This document shows, one piece after another, positions 43,780-44,417 of a stretch of 44,417 nucleotides of DNA. The stretch lies in IMG/VR virus record IMGVR_UViG_2606217118_000001; one strand, 5' to 3'. This DNA comes from a virus (taxonomy: Duplodnaviria > Heunggongvirae > Uroviricota > Caudoviricetes). A program made the translations under genes and the position numbers. The stretch's first letter is position 1. Every line of letters begins with the position of its first letter. The notes beneath the pieces were generated by a model that saw only the letters and a list, made by a program, of their open reading frames with translations, was not told the DNA's origin and searched no databases.

Positions 43780-44417
43780 CACAGAAAACCCCCAGCTAGG
43801 CTGGGGGTTCCGGAAAGCTTTCAGCTTTGAGCCAGTTATTAAAACCCCTTTTGATTTGTTAAAACACCTTGCGGTCTGGCAACTGCAAGTGTCAAACAAG
43901 AAATCAAAAGGGGGTCCCAATGGGGAACGAAAAGAGCTTAGCGCACACCCGATGGAACTGTAAATATCACATAGTTTTTGCGCCAAAATACCGAAGACAA
44001 GTGTTCTACAGAGAGAAGCGTAGAGCAATAGGCAGTATTTTGAGAAAGCTGTGTGAGTGGAAAAGCGTACGGATTCTTGAAGCTGAATGCTGTGCAGATC
44101 ATATCCATATGCTTGTGGAGATCCCGCCCAAAATGAGTGTATCCGGCTTTATGGGATATCTGAAAGGGAAAAGCAGTCTGATGCTTTACGAGCAGTTTGG
44201 TGATTTGAAATTCAAATACAGGAACAGAGAGTTCTGGTGCAGAGGGTACTACGTCGATACGGTGGGTAAGAACACGGCGAAGATACAGGATTACATAAAG
44301 CACCAGCTTGAAGAGGATAAAATGGGAGAGCAGTTATCGATTCCCTATCCGGGCAGCCCGTTTACGGGCCGTAAGTAACGAAGTTGGATGCAAATGTCAG
44401 ATCGTGTGCGCCTGTTA
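43780..44417 (+). mobile_element. IS200-family insertion sequence, partial (left-end hairpins plus tnpA; right end beyond window)
   Basis: Left-end palindromes cccccagc-tag-gctggggg and gaaagctttc followed by an IS200-type TnpA ORF. Confidence 0.8.
43920..44378 (+). CDS. tnpA: IS200/IS605-family Y1 (HUH) transposase TnpA
   Basis: Start MGNEKSLAHTRWNCKYHIVFAPKYRRQVFYREKRRAIGSILRKLCEWKSVRILEAECCADHIHMLVEIPPK (152 aa). Confidence 0.9.
   Translation: MGNEKSLAHTRWNCKYHIVFAPKYRRQVFYREKRRAIGSILRKLCEWKSVRILEAECCADHIHMLVEIPPKMSVSGFMGYLKGKSSLMLYEQFGDLKFKYRNREFWCRGYYVDTVGKNTAKIQDYIKHQLEEDKMGEQLSIPYPGSPFTGRK

Noticed and set aside
43582-44028. 148-aa minus-strand ORF overlapping the IS200 left end and tnpA 5' region
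   Set aside because: Antisense to the well-supported tnpA and the small plus-strand ORF; crosses the IS200 terminal hairpins.

Overview
This window is a nearly complete lambdoid prophage lying in reverse orientation (phage left-to-right runs from high to low coordinates), bracketed by a partial IS1 (1-331) and a partial IS200 (about 43780 to the window end). No int, xis or att site is visible inside the window. From translation, the backbone matches phage lambda gene for gene: head and tail genes Nu1 through J, lom, stf and tfa on the minus strand (1081-24598), an intact cos site, replication genes O, P, ren and ninB, and the recombination/early-left genes exo, bet, gam, kil, cIII, ea10 and ral. 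Several modules are not lambda-like: the immunity region (cII N-terminus, cro, operators, cI N-terminus, nut sites, N), the nin region (Dam-like methyltransferase, NinX-like, RusA), and the Q/lysis block (DLP12/phage-21-like Q, pinholin, SAR endolysin, Rz/Rz1) with an OmpC-family porin gene between Q and S. The best candidate for an undescribed system is a low-GC two-gene cassette (126 aa + 33 aa) with its own terminator sitting in the cI-to-PL slot where lambda carries rexAB. Also notable are an in-frame amber codon splitting tape-measure gene H, an antisense SieB-like gene, a J C-terminus unlike lambda's, and secreted/orphan morons near the IS200 end. All homology calls are from reading the translations and recalled family sequences; no database search was run.
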